The position numbers and the translations under genes are program-made. Positions 9,603 to 27,076 of a DNA stretch of 64,000 bases are shown one piece after another. The notes under the pieces were generated by a model, which was not told where the DNA came from, ran no database searches, and worked only from the letters and a program-made list of their open reading frames with translations. Every line of letters begins with the position of its first letter. The stretch's first letter is position 1. The stretch covers positions 64,001 to 128,000 of the forward strand of contig JAULAX010000005.1 of assembly GCA_032654565.1 (NCBI GenBank). The letters run 5' to 3'. The stretch is from Anaeromyxobacteraceae bacterium (GTDB lineage Bacteria > Myxococcota > Myxococcia > Myxococcales > Anaeromyxobacteraceae).

Positions 9603-10331
9603 ATCACCCGCTCGAAGAAGAAGACCGCCCGCAAGCTCCCCGCCCGGCCCGCCGCGCGCCCGGCGCCGCGCCGGGCCACGCCCAAGGTCACGTCCAGGCG
9701 CACCGCGAACGCTGCTCCCAGGACCGCCCGCAAGGCGCCCCGTCCGTCCTCACGGGGCGCCGCCGCCCTCTCCGACCACCCGCTCGGCGAGGGGGTCGCC
9801 GACGGCTTCGCGCTGCGCCGCCTCAAGGCGCCGGCCCACCTCTCCCGGACACCGAGGAAGGCGGTCCGCGAGGTGGGGTGGGCGGCTTTCGGCGAGGTGG
9901 CCCGCCAGCTGGCGCTGCGCATCGCCGAGCGCTTCCAGCCGGCGGTGGTGCTGGGCATCGCCAAGGGCGGCGTCTTCGTCGGTGGCGCGCTGGCCGCGGC
10001 GCTGCAGGCCGACTTCCACCCGGTGCGGATCGAGAAGCGGCGCCGCGACGCCGGCGCCGGGCCGGTCGAGCAGCTCCCCGACCTGACCGGCAAGAAGGTG
10101 CTGGTGGTGGACGACGTCTGCGCCAGCGGCAGCACGCTGGCCAAGGCCCGCGCCGTGGCCCGCAAGGCCGGCGCCCGGCAGGTGCAGACCGCGGTGCTGG
10201 TGCGGCGCCCCACGGGCGCCCGGCCCGACTGGTTCGCCTTCGAGACCGACGAGCTCTTCCTCTTCGGCTGGGACTACGAGCTCCAGGACACCGGCTCCGC
10301 GGCCCTCGACCCCGGCGAGGTCGGCGTCTAG
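9603..10331 (+). CDS. Type I phosphoribosyltransferase with a basic N-terminal extension
   Basis: VLVVDDVCASGSTL PRPP-binding motif; start uncertain, ATC 9603 after GGAGGG proposed. Confidence 0.8.
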   Translation: MTRSKKKTARKLPARPAARPAPRRATPKVTSRRTANAAPRTARKAPRPSSRGAAALSDHPLGEGVADGFALRRLKAPAHLSRTPRKAVREVGWAAFGEVARQLALRIAERFQPAVVLGIAKGGVFVGGALAAALQADFHPVRIEKRRRDAGAGPVEQLPDLTGKKVLVVDDVCASGSTLAKARAVARKAGARQVQTAVLVRRPTGARPDWFAFETDELFLFGWDYELQDTGSAALDPGEVGV

Positions 10332-10348
10332 GTCGCGCCGGGTCGACC

Positions 10349-15906
<5,558 letters not shown>

Positions 15907-15917
15907 GGGACCGCACC

Positions 15918-17321
<1,404 letters not shown>

Positions 17322-17496
17322 CCGGGCGCCTCAACCGGGGCCGCTCCTTTCAGTTTCGAAGCTGCATTGCAGGGCTGCAAGGAGGCCTGGCGCCGCCGAC
17401 CCCGAAGGTCGGGACGGGGTCGGGCCGCTGCGGGGAACTCCTTGCAACGCAAAGGGTTTGCCGCCACCGCCCCGGCGCCCGACGGCGGTTCGGCGC

Positions 17497-17512
17497 TGGC
17501 ACCCCCGTTGCT
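17497..17512 (+). promoter_or_regulatory. sigma54 -24/-12 promoter
   Basis: TGGCACCCCCGTTGCT, near consensus; palindrome TTGCA-N4-TGCAA at 17367-17380 is a candidate enhancer. Confidence 0.8.
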
Positions 17513-17522
17513 AAGCCAGGGC

Positions 17523-17590
17523 CCGAGGCGCAGAGCCGCAGGCCTGGGTACGGTCCCCCCCCGCCACTCCGGCTACGCTCTGCGCCTCAT
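17523..17590 (+). ncRNA. Candidate structured sRNA or leader at the Pxr-syntenic position
   Basis: Perfect 12-bp stem GAGGCGCAGAGC (17525-36)/GCTCTGCGCCTC (17577-88), starting at the predicted sigma54 +1; apical UCCCCCC loop. Confidence 0.55.
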
Positions 17591-17597
17591 TGACGCC

Positions 17598-17930
17598 ATG
17601 GCCTCGGTCCTCCTCATCGACGGAGACCGGAACTTCCGGGAAGCGCTGGCGATCGCCCTGCGCCTCGACGGGTGCGCCGTGACCACGGCCGGCGGCGCCC
17701 CCGAGGCCCTGGCCCTGCTGGAGCGGGGCGGCTACGACCTCTGCCTCGTCGACCTGAACGTGGGCGGCGTCGAGGGGGTGCTGCGGAAGGCCGCCGGCCA
17801 CCCCGCGCCGGTGCTGGTGACCGGCCCGTACTCGGAGCTGCTGGAGGCCGCGGCCCGGCGTCACCCGCCGGTGCGGGCGCTGCCCAAGCCCTTCGCCGCC
17901 GCCGACCTGCTGGCGCGGCTGGCGAGCTGA
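17598..17930 (+). CDS. Single-domain response regulator (receiver)
   Basis: VLLIDGD, LCLVDL phospho-Asp, LVTG, KPF. Confidence 0.8.
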   Translation: MASVLLIDGDRNFREALAIALRLDGCAVTTAGGAPEALALLERGGYDLCLVDLNVGGVEGVLRKAAGHPAPVLVTGPYSELLEAAARRHPPVRALPKPFAAADLLARLAS

Positions 17931-17948
17931 CCGGTCCGACCGCGTCGG

Positions 17949-19424
17949 CTACATCACCAGCGCGCTGGCCGCCTGCGCCAGGCGGAGGATGGGGTCGGCC
18001 ACCAGGCCGAAGAGCACCACCACCAGCGCCGCCACGCCGAGGGCGAAGACCATGGCCGGCGCCGGCGCCGCCGCCTCGGTCCCCTCGGCCGGCTTCATGT
18101 ACATGTGCACCACCACCCGCAGGTAGTAGAAGGCGCCGAGGATGCTGGTGAGCACGCCGACGATGGCCAGCGGGTAGAGCTGGGCGCCGACCGCGGCCTT
18201 GAAGAGGTACAGCTTGGCCACGAAGCCGGCGGTGGGCGGCACCCCGGCCAGGCTGAGCAGGAAGACGGTCATGGCGAAGGCCAGCCCCGGCCGCCGGCTG
18301 GCCAGCCCGGAGAAGCGGGAGAGGTCCCAGGCCGCCGCCGGCTCGCGGTCGCCCCGGGTGCGCTCCTCGAGCGAGCCCACCACGGCGAAGGCGCCGATGG
18401 CGGTGGCGGTGTAGGCGGCCAGGTAGAAGAGCAGGCCGGCCAGGGCCATGGAGCGAGCCCCCTCCACCCGGGTGGAGACCACGCCGACCAGCAGGTAGCC
18501 GGCGTGGGCGATCGACGAGTAGGCCAGCATCCGCTTGACGCTGCGCTGGGGGAGCGCCAACAGGTTGCCGACGATCATGGTGAGGACCGCCAGCACCACC
18601 AGCACCTTCTCGAAGGAGAGGTCGCCGGCCCCGCCGCCCACCTGCGAGGAGAGGAAGACCCGGGCCAGCAGCGCGAAGGCGGCGGTCTTGACGCCGGCCG
18701 CCATGAAGGCGGTCACCGGCGTGGGCGCCCCCTCGTAGACGTCCGGGACCCAGGCGTGGAAGGGGACGGCGCCGACCTTGAAGGCCAGGCCGGAGGCGAT
18801 CAGGCCGAGCCCGCCCAGCAGCAGCAGCGAGCCGGCCCCCTTGGCGCCGTGCATGGCCGAGAAGAGCGTGGTGCCGGTGGCGCCGAAGACCAGCGAGCTG
18901 CCGTAGAGCAGCAGCGCCGAGGAGATGGCGCCGAGGATCATGTACTTGAAGGCCGCCTCGGAGGGGCGCCGGCCGCGGCGCACGTAGGCGGTCAGCGAGT
19001 AGGTGGAGAGGCTCATGATCTCGATGGCCACGAAGGCCACCAGCAGGTCGGAGGCCATGCCCACCAGCGCCATGCCGGCCGCGGCGAAGAGGGTCAGCGC
19101 GTAGTACTCGCCCCGCTCGGCGTCGCGGGCCTGCAGCCAGCTGGCGCTCATCAGCGCCGAGAGGGCGACGCCGCCGCAGATGATGACGGTGACGAAGACC
19201 GAGAAGAGGTCCACGGTGGCCTGGCCGCCGAAGACGGGGCCGGCCGGCTGGGCCACCACCGCGGCCACGGCGGCCAGCAGCGCCGTCACCACGGTGAGCC
19301 CGGACTGGTAGCCGCGCCGGACCGAGGAGAGGAAGACCTCGCTGAGCAGCAGGGCCAGCCCGCCGGCGGTGAGGATGGCGATGGGGACCAGGGCGACGAA
19401 GTCGCGTGTCGGGAAGCCGGTCAT
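17949..19424 (-). CDS. nuoN: NADH-quinone oxidoreductase subunit N
   Basis: [40 protein letters not shown]. Confidence 0.95.
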   Translation of the reverse strand: MTGFPTRDFVALVPIAILTAGGLALLLSEVFLSSVRRGYQSGLTVVTALLAAVAAVVAQPAGPVFGGQATVDLFSVFVTVIICGGVALSALMSASWLQARDAERGEYYALTLFAAAGMALVGMASDLLVAFVAIEIMSLSTYSLTAYVRRGRRPSEAAFKYMILGAISSALLLYGSSLVFGATGTTLFSAMHGAKGAGSLLLLGGLGLIASGLAFKVGAVPFHAWVPDVYEGAPTPVTAFMAAGVKTAAFALLARVFLSSQVGGGAGDLSFEKVLVVLAVLTMIVGNLLALPQRSVKRMLAYSSIAHAGYLLVGVVSTRVEGARSMALAGLLFYLAAYTATAIGAFAVVGSLEERTRGDREPAAAWDLSRFSGLASRRPGLAFAMTVFLLSLAGVPPTAGFVAKLYLFKAAVGAQLYPLAIVGVLTSILGAFYYLRVVVHMYMKPAEGTEAAAPAPAMVFALGVAALVVVLFGLVADPILRLAQAASALVM

Positions 19425-19425
19425 G

Positions 19426-20997
<1,572 letters not shown>

Positions 20998-20999
20998 GG

Positions 21000-23027
21000 T
21001 TACAGGCCCCCGACGCCGAGGACGGTGGCGAGGATGGCGGCCGCGGCCAGGGCCATGAAGCCGGCGTAGCGCTGGATGTCCCCGTCCTGGGCCAGGCGCC
21101 CCACCGAGCCGAAGAAGCCGACCAGGCGCGCCACCCCGTTGACCATCAGCCCGTCGATGAGGAAGACGTCGACCACCCGCCAGAGCCCGCGGGCCAGCGA
21201 CTTGAGCGGCCCGATGATCGCCGCCTCGTAGAGCTCGTCGACGCGGAACTTGTCGACCATGAGCCGGTAGGTGCGGGGCAGGGCGCCGGCCAGCGCCGCC
21301 GGCAGCTTGAGCCAGCCGCGGCCGTACATGAGCAGGCCGATCACCGTGCCGCCCACGGCGATGAACCAGGCGGCGAAGTAGGGCCAGGCCGGGTGGGCGC
21401 CGGCGTGGAAGTGGCCGACCGCGTAGAGCCGCTCGGTGCCGGGGGCGAAGACCGGCTCGACGTAGTGGGCGAAGAGCTCGGAGACCGGCGAGCTGCCGGG
21501 CAGGCCGAGCAGCAGCCCCACCGCCGCCAGCACCGCCAGCACCATCAGCGGCACGGTCATGGCGAAGGAGGACTCGTGGGCGTGCTCGGCGGCGTGGGTG
21601 CGGGGCTTGCCCTGGAAGGTCAGCCAGTAGAGCCGGGTCATGTAGAAGGCGGTGCCGAGCGCGGCCAGCGAGCCGATCCCGTAGGCGATGGGGCCGACCA
21701 GGTGCCAGGCCGGGTTGGAGCTGAAGAGCGAGTACCCGAGGATGGCGTCCTTCGACCAGAAGCCGGCCAGCGGGAGGATGCCGGTGGCCGAGATGGTGGC
21801 CACCAGGAAGGTCCAGTGGGTGTGCGGCATCTTGCCGGCCAGCCCGCCCATCTTGCGGATGTCGGTCTCGTCCCCCATGCCGTGCATCACCGAGCCGGCG
21901 CCGAGGAAGAGGCAGCCCTTGAAGAAGGCGTGGATCACCAGGTGGAGCACGCCGGCCCACCAGGCGCCGCAGCCGACCCCGATGAACATGAAGCCGAGCT
22001 GGCTGACCGTGGAGTAGGCCAGCACCTTCTTGATGTCGTTCTGGGTGAAGGCGATGACCGCGGCGAAGAGCGCGGTGGCGGCGCCGACGATGGTCACCGT
22101 GGCCATGGCCGCCGGCGCCAGCGTGAAGAGCATGGAGTTGCGGGCCACCAGGTAGACGCCGGCGGTGACCATGGTGGCGGCGTGGATCAGGGCCGAGACC
22201 GGGGTGGGGCCGGCCATGGCGTCGGGCAGCCAGATGTAGAGGGGCAGCTGCGCCGACTTGCCGGCGGCGCCGACGAAGAGGCAGAGCATGGCGAAGGTGA
22301 TCGCCCCCTGCCAGGTCCAGCCGGCGAAGAGGCCGGAGGCGATGGTGGCCTCGGGGGTGATGACCCGGGCCAGGTTGGCGAGCTCGGCGTAGCTGGTGGT
22401 GCCGAAGAGGGCCAGCAGCGCGAAGACCCCGAGCAGGAAGCCGAAGTCGCCCACCCGGTTGGTGACGAAGGCCTTGCGGCCGGCGAAGGCCTTCTGCTCG
22501 TCGGTGTACCAGAAGCCGATCAGCAGGTAGCTGCAGAGGCCGACGCCCTCCCAGCCCACGAAGGTGAGGAGCAGCGAGTCGCCCAGCACCAGGGTGAGCA
22601 TGGCGGCGACGAAGAGGTTCAGGTAGGTGAAGAAGCGGGCGTAGCCGGCGTCGTCCTCGTGCGACATGTAGGACGCCGAGTAGACGTGGATGAGCGTGCC
22701 GACGCCGGTGATGACCAGCAGCAGGGTGCCGGAGAGCCGGTCGAGCAGCAGCCCCCAGGCCACGTGGACGAGGGACTGGCCGTCGGCCCCGGTCACGGCG
22801 ATCCAGGGGGTCCCCTGGAAGCGCAGGTTCCGGGTGGTCAGCACCCAATAGAAGGCGATGGCGGCGATGACCAGGGAGCCGACCATGGCGCCGATGGCGA
22901 CCAGGGTGGCGTTTCCCTTGCCGATTCGGCGACCGAAGAGCCCGTTGATCAGGGCGCCGGCCAGGGGGAACAGGATGATGGCCCAGAGGCTCGCCTCGGC
23001 CGCGGCGGGGGTCGGCAGGAAGGGCAT
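21000..23027 (-). CDS. nuoL: NADH-quinone oxidoreductase subunit L
   Basis: GKSAQLPLYIWLPDAMAGPTPVSALIHAATMVTAG, DIKKVLAYST; start ATG 23027. Confidence 0.95.
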   Translation of the reverse strand: MPFLPTPAAAEASLWAIILFPLAGALINGLFGRRIGKGNATLVAIGAMVGSLVIAAIAFYWVLTTRNLRFQGTPWIAVTGADGQSLVHVAWGLLLDRLSGTLLLVITGVGTLIHVYSASYMSHEDDAGYARFFTYLNLFVAAMLTLVLGDSLLLTFVGWEGVGLCSYLLIGFWYTDEQKAFAGRKAFVTNRVGDFGFLLGVFALLALFGTTSYAELANLARVITPEATIASGLFAGWTWQGAITFAMLCLFVGAAGKSAQLPLYIWLPDAMAGPTPVSALIHAATMVTAGVYLVARNSMLFTLAPAAMATVTIVGAATALFAAVIAFTQNDIKKVLAYSTVSQLGFMFIGVGCGAWWAGVLHLVIHAFFKGCLFLGAGSVMHGMGDETDIRKMGGLAGKMPHTHWTFLVATISATGILPLAGFWSKDAILGYSLFSSNPAWHLVGPIAYGIGSLAALGTAFYMTRLYWLTFQGKPRTHAAEHAHESSFAMTVPLMVLAVLAAVGLLLGLPGSSPVSELFAHYVEPVFAPGTERLYAVGHFHAGAHPAWPYFAAWFIAVGGTVIGLLMYGRGWLKLPAALAGALPRTYRLMVDKFRVDELYEAAIIGPLKSLARGLWRVVDVFLIDGLMVNGVARLVGFFGSVGRLAQDGDIQRYAGFMALAAAAILATVLGVGGL

Positions 23028-23041
23028 AGGAGTGGGGCGAA

Positions 23042-23070
23042 GAATTACCCGCTTGGGCAGGCCAAGGCAA
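23042..23070 (-). promoter_or_regulatory. Possible sigma70 promoter of nuoLMN
   Basis: TTGCCT-N17-TAATTC. Confidence 0.4.
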
Positions 23071-23156
23071 CGAACTTCTGGCCCCTTTTCCCCGTGGGTG
23101 CGGCGGGATGCCCACCCGTCGGGTCCACGAATCGCCGGCGTGTTATTCGATCTGCC

Positions 23157-24677
23157 ATGCCCCCGCCCTCCCCCCCGCCCGAACCGGCCGCCGCCGCCGA
23201 GGTCCGCAAGCTCCCCCGGGCCGACCGGCTGCTCGAGGCGGCCGGGCAGGCCGGGCTGCTCACGCGCCTCGGCCACCAGCCGGTCATGGAGGCGGTGCGG
23301 GCCGAGCTGGAGCGCCACCGGGCGGCGGTGCTGGCCGGGGCCCCCTGCCCACCCGCCGAGGCCATCGAGGCGGCGCTGCTGGCGCGCCTCGCCGCCGACC
23401 TCCCGGGACCGCTGCGGCGGGTCGTCAACGCCACCGGCGTGGTCCTCCACACCAACCTGGGGCGGGCCCCGCTCTCCGCCGCCACCGCCGCCGCCATGGC
23501 CGCCGCCGCCGAGGGGTACTCGACGCTGGAGTTCGACGTGGCTCGGGGCGAGCGCGGCGACCGCTATCACCACGCCGCCGGGGCGCTCAGCCGCCTCACC
23601 GGCGCCGAGGACGCCCTGGCGGTCAACAACGGGGCCGCCGCCGTGCTGCTGGCGCTGGCCGCCCTCTCGTCCGCTCGCCCGTCGGGATCGCCGGCCGACC
23701 GCTCGCCCGCGGAGCCGGGCCAGCCGGAGGCGCCGGCTCACGGCCTGGCGGAGGTGCCACCGCCGGGCGTGCCGGAGGTGCCACCGCCCGGCTTGCCGGA
23801 GGTGATCGTCAGCCGCGGCCAGCTGGTGGAGATCGGCGGCGGCTTCCGCATCCCCGACGTGCTGCGCCGCTCCGGGGCGGCGCTGGTCGAGGTGGGCACC
23901 ACCAACCGGACCTACCTCGACGACATCGAGGCGGCCATCACTCCCCGCACCCGGGCGGTGCTCTCGGTGCACCGCTCCAACTTCCGGCTCGACGGCTTCG
24001 TCGCCGAGCCCACGCTCGCGGAGCTGGTGGGGCTGGCGCGGCGGCGCGACCTCTGGGTGGTGGACGACCTCGGCTCCGGGGCGCTGCTGCCGACCGCCCC
24101 GCACGGCCTGGCCCCCGAGCCGACGGTGGGCGAGCGGGTGCGGGCCGGCGCCGACCTGGTCTGCTTCTCCGGCGACAAGCTGCTGGGCGGACCGCAGGCC
24201 GGGCTGCTGGTGGGGCGGGCGGCGGCGGTGGCGCTGGTGAAGCGCCACCCGCTGCTGCGGGCGCTGCGGCTCGACAAGGTGGCGCTGGCCGGCCTCTCGG
24301 CCACGCTGGCCCACTACGAGCGGGGCGAAGCGCTGCGCGAGCTCCCGGTCTGGCGGGCCATCGCCCGGCCGCTCCCCGAGCTGGAGGCCACGGCGCGCCG
24401 CTGGCTGGCGGCGCTGGCGGCGCGGACGCCGGGGGCCGGGGTGCGGCCCGGCGAGTCGGCGGTGGGGGGCGGGACGCTGCCGGGCGAGACCCTGCCCACC
24501 TGGCTGCTCACCCTGCCCACGCCCGACCCGGCGGCGCTGCTGGCCGCCCTGCGGCGGGCGCCGGTGCCGGTGGTGGCCCGGATCCTCGACGGCGCGGTGG
24601 TGCTCGATCCGCGCACCGTGCTCGACGGCGAGGAGGCGGGGCTGCTGGCGTCGCTCCAGGCGGCGCTGGGGGCGTAG
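23157..24677 (+). CDS. selA: L-seryl-tRNA(Sec) selenium transferase
   Basis: VVNATGVVLHTNLGRAPL, VEIGGGFRIPD, EVGTTNRT, FSGDKLLGGPQAG (PLP Lys). Confidence 0.96.
   Translation: MPPPSPPPEPAAAAEVRKLPRADRLLEAAGQAGLLTRLGHQPVMEAVRAELERHRAAVLAGAPCPPAEAIEAALLARLAADLPGPLRRVVNATGVVLHTNLGRAPLSAATAAAMAAAAEGYSTLEFDVARGERGDRYHHAAGALSRLTGAEDALAVNNGAAAVLLALAALSSARPSGSPADRSPAEPGQPEAPAHGLAEVPPPGVPEVPPPGLPEVIVSRGQLVEIGGGFRIPDVLRRSGAALVEVGTTNRTYLDDIEAAITPRTRAVLSVHRSNFRLDGFVAEPTLAELVGLARRRDLWVVDDLGSGALLPTAPHGLAPEPTVGERVRAGADLVCFSGDKLLGGPQAGLLVGRAAAVALVKRHPLLRALRLDKVALAGLSATLAHYERGEALRELPVWRAIARPLPELEATARRWLAALAARTPGAGVRPGESAVGGGTLPGETLPTWLLTLPTPDPAALLAALRRAPVPVVARILDGAVVLDPRTVLDGEEAGLLASLQAALGA
23718..23804 (+). 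repeat. Degenerate 24-bp tandem repeat (~3.6 units) inside selA
   Basis: Encodes GQPEAPAH GLAEVPPP GVPEVPPP GLPEV. Confidence 0.85.
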
Positions 24678-24815
24678 GGCTCGCGCCCCACTGACCGAGG
24701 TCGGGGCCTCCCGCTCCTGGTGTCCCGCCTGTCGACTGGCGGTGGCGCCTGAATAGGTTGCGTGGTGGCTTCGTCCTCCCATTCAAGAGGGGAACGAACC
24801 AGCGAGGAGCACGCC

Positions 24816-25244
24816 ATGACCACCTTCCGCCGCTTCACCGCCGTCGCCGCCCTGATCAGCGCCACCGCGTTCGCGCCTGCCTTGGCCGCCGCGGACGACC
24901 ACAGAGACCGGGACGACCGCGGCCGGTACGGCGAGCGCGACGACCGCCGAGACCGCCACGCCCCCCCCGTGGCTCCGCCGGGGTGGTCGGAGCGCGATGA
25001 CCTGGGCTGGAGCGGGCCGGGTCGGTACGGCGGCGGCTGGGAGCGGGGCGAGCGGCGCTGGCACCTGCTGCAGGCTCGCGCTGTCCGGCACTCGCTGTTC
25101 GAGCTCGACCGGGAGCGCGCCGACTTCTACGCGCGCAACGGCGGGCGCCCCTGGCTGGTGGCCCGGTACGACCAGGCCTGGTTCGCGCGCCGCGTCGAGC
25201 TGGAGCGCCGGCTGGAGTGGCTCCGGGCGACGGCGCGGAGGTGA
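24816..25244 (+). CDS. Hypothetical secreted protein
   Basis: GAGGAG RBS, signal peptide ending ALA, D/R-rich region. Confidence 0.75.
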   Translation: MTTFRRFTAVAALISATAFAPALAAADDHRDRDDRGRYGERDDRRDRHAPPVAPPGWSERDDLGWSGPGRYGGGWERGERRWHLLQARAVRHSLFELDRERADFYARNGGRPWLVARYDQAWFARRVELERRLEWLRATARR

Positions 25245-25257
25245 GGATGACCCTGCT

Positions 25258-25410
25258 TCCGGGGGAGCATTCGAGATCATCGCCATCCTCGCCATCCTGA
25301 CCGAGGGTTCCGCGGTTCGTCCGGCCCGGCCGCGGCGCGGACACCCCGAAACGGCGCCCGTCGCGTAAGTCACCGATATGACTTGGTGGTCGATTACTCT
25401 CGGTCAGGGC
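25258..25410. mobile_element. Candidate non-autonomous element sharing end motifs with the RAYT locus
   Basis: Inverted repeats TCCTGACCGAGGGT (25295-308) and ACTCTCGGTCAGGG (25396-409), each matching the transposase flanks at 12/14. Confidence 0.55.
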
Positions 25411-25474
25411 GCACAGGGTGCACCGTCACGCCTCTCCGGTTCGAGTACCCGCCGACGAAGTGAACCGGCGCGGC

Positions 25475-26089
25475 TCAGCGGCGCTGACCGTGGTCGGGCT
25501 GGTGGTGCCTGTCGCGGCCGTGGTCGCCGTGGCGCGGCGGGCGGCGCTGGTGCGGCTCCCGGCCCGCGTCGTCGTCGGCGTCCTCGTCCTCATCGCCCGC
25601 CGGCGTCGGCGGGGGCGGGGGCGGCGGCGCCACCACCACCGCGTGGCAGTAGTTGATCGAGCCCTCCCCCGCGAAGCACCAGTCATTGACGTAGGCCGAG
25701 ACCCCGGCCACCTGGTAGCTCCCGCCCGGGTTGAAGTCCTCGGCCAGGGGCGTGCCGGTGGGGCCGCAGTTCTCCGAGCTGCCGAACCTGGAGTACCAGC
25801 CGAGGTGGTCCACCTCGGTGGCGCTGGTCGAGCAGGCCCAGTCGGCGCTGGCGCCGCCGAAGAGCAGCGCGCAGGCCTGCAGGCAGCTGTAGGCGGTGGC
25901 CGTGCTCCACTCCGGGCCGGCGCCGACGTCGAAGGACTGCGGGGCGAGGAGGACGGCGACCGCGGCCGCGGCCACCGGCCCGGCGGGGGCGGCGGCCTCC
26001 GGCGCCGACGGCTCGCCGACCGGAGCGGTCGCCCCACACCCCACGGTCACCAGCACCGACAACGCCACCACCACGGAACGAACGCGCAT
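25475..26089 (-). CDS. Hypothetical lipoprotein with a Cys-containing domain and a low-complexity His/Asp/Arg tail
   Basis: Lipobox VTVGC, GGAGG RBS. Confidence 0.7.
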   Translation of the reverse strand: MRVRSVVVALSVLVTVGCGATAPVGEPSAPEAAAPAGPVAAAAVAVLLAPQSFDVGAGPEWSTATAYSCLQACALLFGGASADWACSTSATEVDHLGWYSRFGSSENCGPTGTPLAEDFNPGGSYQVAGVSAYVNDWCFAGEGSINYCHAVVVAPPPPPPPTPAGDEDEDADDDAGREPHQRRPPRHGDHGRDRHHQPDHGQRR

Positions 26090-26115
26090 GAGCGCCTCCC
26101 AGGACCATCCCCTAG

Positions 26116-26131
26116 AGCAAGGGGAAGACCA
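26116..26131 (-). promoter_or_regulatory. sigma54 -24/-12 promoter of the lipoprotein gene
   Basis: TGGTCTTCCCCTTGCT = GG-N10-GC; predicted +1 ~16 nt before the ATG. Confidence 0.55.
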
Positions 26132-26374
26132 GCGGGCCTGGCCGGCTCACCGGCGCCGGGGCCGGGCGTCGGGCGGGTCGGGCATCACGGGCAACCGGCT
26201 CAATTGACGGTCGGTTCTGGCCCGGATCCCGGTGGGGGCGTGGGCCCACCGGCCTGCCGCCCCGCGGCGCCCGGCCCGGAGTCGCCGCCCACCCAGGGTC
26301 AGGTCCCGCCCGGCCCACCCACCCCGCTTCGGTCCCTCGGCGGGTGGCGGCGGCCCGCTCGGCGGAGCCGGAGC

Positions 26375-27076
26375 TCAGGGGTTGAATCGGTAGCCCACGC
26401 CGCGCACCGTCTCCAGGTGGCGCGGGGCGTCGGCGTCGTCGTCGATGTGGGCCCGCAGCCGGGCCACGAAGTTGTCGACGGTCCGGGCGGTGCCGAAGTA
26501 GCGCGAACCCCAGACCGCCTCCATGAGCTGCTCGCGCGAGAAGACCCGGTCCGGGTGGCTGACCAGGTAGAGGAGCAGGTCGAACTCGCGGGTGGTCAGC
26601 TCCAGGGCCCGGCCGTGGGCGGTGGCGCGGCGCGCCACCAGGTCGATCTCCACCGGCCCGGCCTTCTTGACGCTGCGGACCTCGCCGGTCTCGCCCTTGA
26701 CCCGGCGGCGGCGCAGCAGCGCCCCGATGCGGGCCAGCAGCTCCTTCAGGCTGAAGGGCTTCACCATGTAGTCGTCGGCGCCGAGCTGCAGCCCGGCCAC
26801 CTTGTCGGTCTCCTGCCCCTTGGCGGAGAGGATCAGGACCGGCAGGTCGGCGTCGTCGCGCCGCAGCTCGCGGATCAGCTCCAGCCCGCCGAGGCGCGGC
26901 AGCATCACGTCCACCACCAGCAGGTCGAAGCGCTCGGCCCGGGCCAGCTGCAGCCCGGTCTCGCCGTCGCTGGCGGAGCGGACCGCGTACCCCTCCATGG
27001 TCAGGTTGAGCTGCAGGCCGCGCAGGATCGAGGGATCGTCCTCGATGACCAGGATGCGCTCGCTGGTCGGGCTCAC
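26375..27076 (-). CDS. OmpR/PhoB-family response regulator
   Basis: ILVIEDD, DVMLP, GADDYMVKPF, RTVDNFV, ETVRGVGYRF. Confidence 0.95.
   Translation of the reverse strand: MSPTSERILVIEDDPSILRGLQLNLTMEGYAVRSASDGETGLQLARAERFDLLVVDVMLPRLGGLELIRELRRDDADLPVLILSAKGQETDKVAGLQLGADDYMVKPFSLKELLARIGALLRRRRVKGETGEVRSVKKAGPVEIDLVARRATAHGRALELTTREFDLLLYLVSHPDRVFSREQLMEAVWGSRYFGTARTVDNFVARLRAHIDDDADAPRHLETVRGVGYRFNP

Noticed and set aside
17574..17579. TACGCT as a sigma70 -10 for the receiver gene
   Set aside because: It falls within the 3' arm of the hairpin and has no matching -35; not fully excluded
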